DNA of 64,000 nucleotides from Massalongia carnosa (Eukaryota): NCBI GenBank assembly GCA_965645245.1, contig OZ287078.1, positions 124,001 to 188,000 of the forward strand, read 5' to 3'. Shown piece by piece: positions 62,468 to 64,000 of this stretch (position 1 is its first letter; each line of letters starts with the position of its first letter). The notes under the pieces were generated by a model. It saw only the letters and a program-made list of their open reading frames with translations, ran no database searches and was not told where the DNA came from. The position numbers and the translations under genes were made by a program.

Positions 62468-63683
62468 GTGGCATACGAGATTGATAAGGAAAGGGGGAGA
62501 TTCGTGACTGTAGGAATTCCGCAGGACCCAGAACCCGAAGAAATGACAAAGCTTGCTGGAAGTCTAGCATCAAATTTGAATCTCATGGACGAATATGAGC
62601 AATCGGTCTCTTTCAACGATGCCACAGAAATGACAATCTTCACACTACCTGGCCACAATTCAACTGATCCGGACGGTACACTCTCGCAGAAGATAATTGA
62701 CTACACTATATCTGACTGCATCCTTGGTCACGTCAGAGTAGTAGAGAATTACCTCAAGACAACAGCCGAGCAGCATATATTCATACAGGCCATGGATGAG
62801 AATGGAGACACGACTTTAAACTACGCCGCTGCAGAAAGATCACCAAGCATGGTGGCTCTTCTGTTGGATAATGGTGCCAAAGTCAATGGACGTAATAGGA
62901 GAGGAAGGACTCTATTAATGGAAGCCGCTCTATGGGGTAGGGCTGAGAACGCCCAAGTTTTACTCAGACATGGTGCAGACAGGACTCTTAGCGATCACCA
63001 TGGATGCACAGCTTCCAACCTTGCTTCTCCCAGTGACAGAAATTCTGATGAAAGAGATAGAAGAGTTGGTGCAGTCTACAAGGAACATACCTACAACGCC
63101 GATAAGGAGCGCAAAGCAATTGTCCAGTTGCTGCAAAATCAATCCGCCCCGTCTCTGATCCCTCTTCGCACAGCAAATTCTATTGATCCGGATTATTCCC
63201 AATTTTCTTTCCATCAATCACCTCAAACCTCGTCAATAGAACTTTCTCCGCCAATCAAGAGCTTCACTATCTTTAGGCAATCCAAGACTATAGCCCGACT
63301 GGACAGAGGGCTTCCGTTCCCACCGGTCGACGCTATGAGCGGATGGGGCCACCATGAAGAGGATTGACCACGGTTAGCGGGGAGACTGGACTGAAGAGGT
63401 CTTCCGAATATGTCGGTTAGTTGAGCACCAACTACCAGCAAGTCCTGAAATCGATCAGAGGCGTCCGGGGAAGTTCTTTGCCTCTCACGCCGAGAAACAG
63501 TTGATAGCCTATCTTTTCAGCAAGCACGTCTTTCTCGATGACGAAGTCTTGGAAACGGCCCAATATGAGATTGACAGCAGAACGATTACAGCCTTTCTTC
63601 AGGGACTCTACCTTGCGCAGCCGCCTGTATCCCTGCATAAAGCAACGATATTAGTTAGCAGGAAAATGTGTATAATATCTTAG
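62468..63683 (+). pseudogene. Ankyrin-repeat + zinc-dependent deaminase-like protein, frameshifted and truncated
   Basis: Ankyrins GDTTLNYAA / GRTLLMEAALWG; after frameshifts near 63365-63385, HAEKQLIAY (63486) and ILVSRKMC. Confidence 0.65.
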
Positions 63684-64000
63684 TCGAGCGGAAGAAGGAT
63701 CATCACGGAATGGTTATTGAACAGGTTCAGCTTGCCGATATTGAAGACGCTGCATATATACCTCCTGGAAGCGATGTCACCGGTAAACAGATGGGCAACT
63801 GAGTGTGGCGGAGCCCGGAAACACATGCTCAAGGCCGTGCCAAGTACTCCGATATATTCTCTTTCGGTGTTGTTGTAAGTCATCTACGATCCCTCGTATT
63901 TTAGAATGGCTGTTCACTAGTGTCGTCATGCAGTGCATTTACGCAGTGTGTAAGAGAGTCATCTTCGCCGTCGACGAAGAGGAGCTGGCTGACGGCGAGG
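63674..64000 (+). pseudogene. Protein kinase C-lobe fragment
   Basis: NILVE...VQLADIEDAA...GN*VWRSPE...SDIFSFGVV|CIYA; intron 63875-63933; Trp codon changed to TGA. Confidence 0.7.

Overview
Eukaryotic, intron-containing, transposon-dense DNA. Gene families and intron signals point to a filamentous ascomycete (inference). Most of the window is nested mobile elements: a Tad1-type LINE inside a miniature LTR element, two full-length Copia elements, four tyrosine-recombinase (Ngaro/DIRS-type) retrotransposon copies, a MULE inside a Fot1/pogo element, Tc1 fragments and solo LTRs. The most interesting host locus is 18.7-25.4 kb. An apparently intact NLR (NACHT + 26 near-identical 32-aa repeats with a hypervariable triplet + ankyrins) lies head-to-head with a SesB-like alpha/beta-hydrolase. 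The NLR N-terminus and the hydrolase C-terminus share a short G/N-rich motif, which suggests an amyloid-signalling receptor/effector pair with a non-standard motif. Also notable: a Copia with CT...AG LTR ends, YR retroelements with only 7-8 bp inverted ends, a possible Starship captain relic and a broken ankyrin-deaminase gene. All exon models and alignments were done by eye; no database searches were run.
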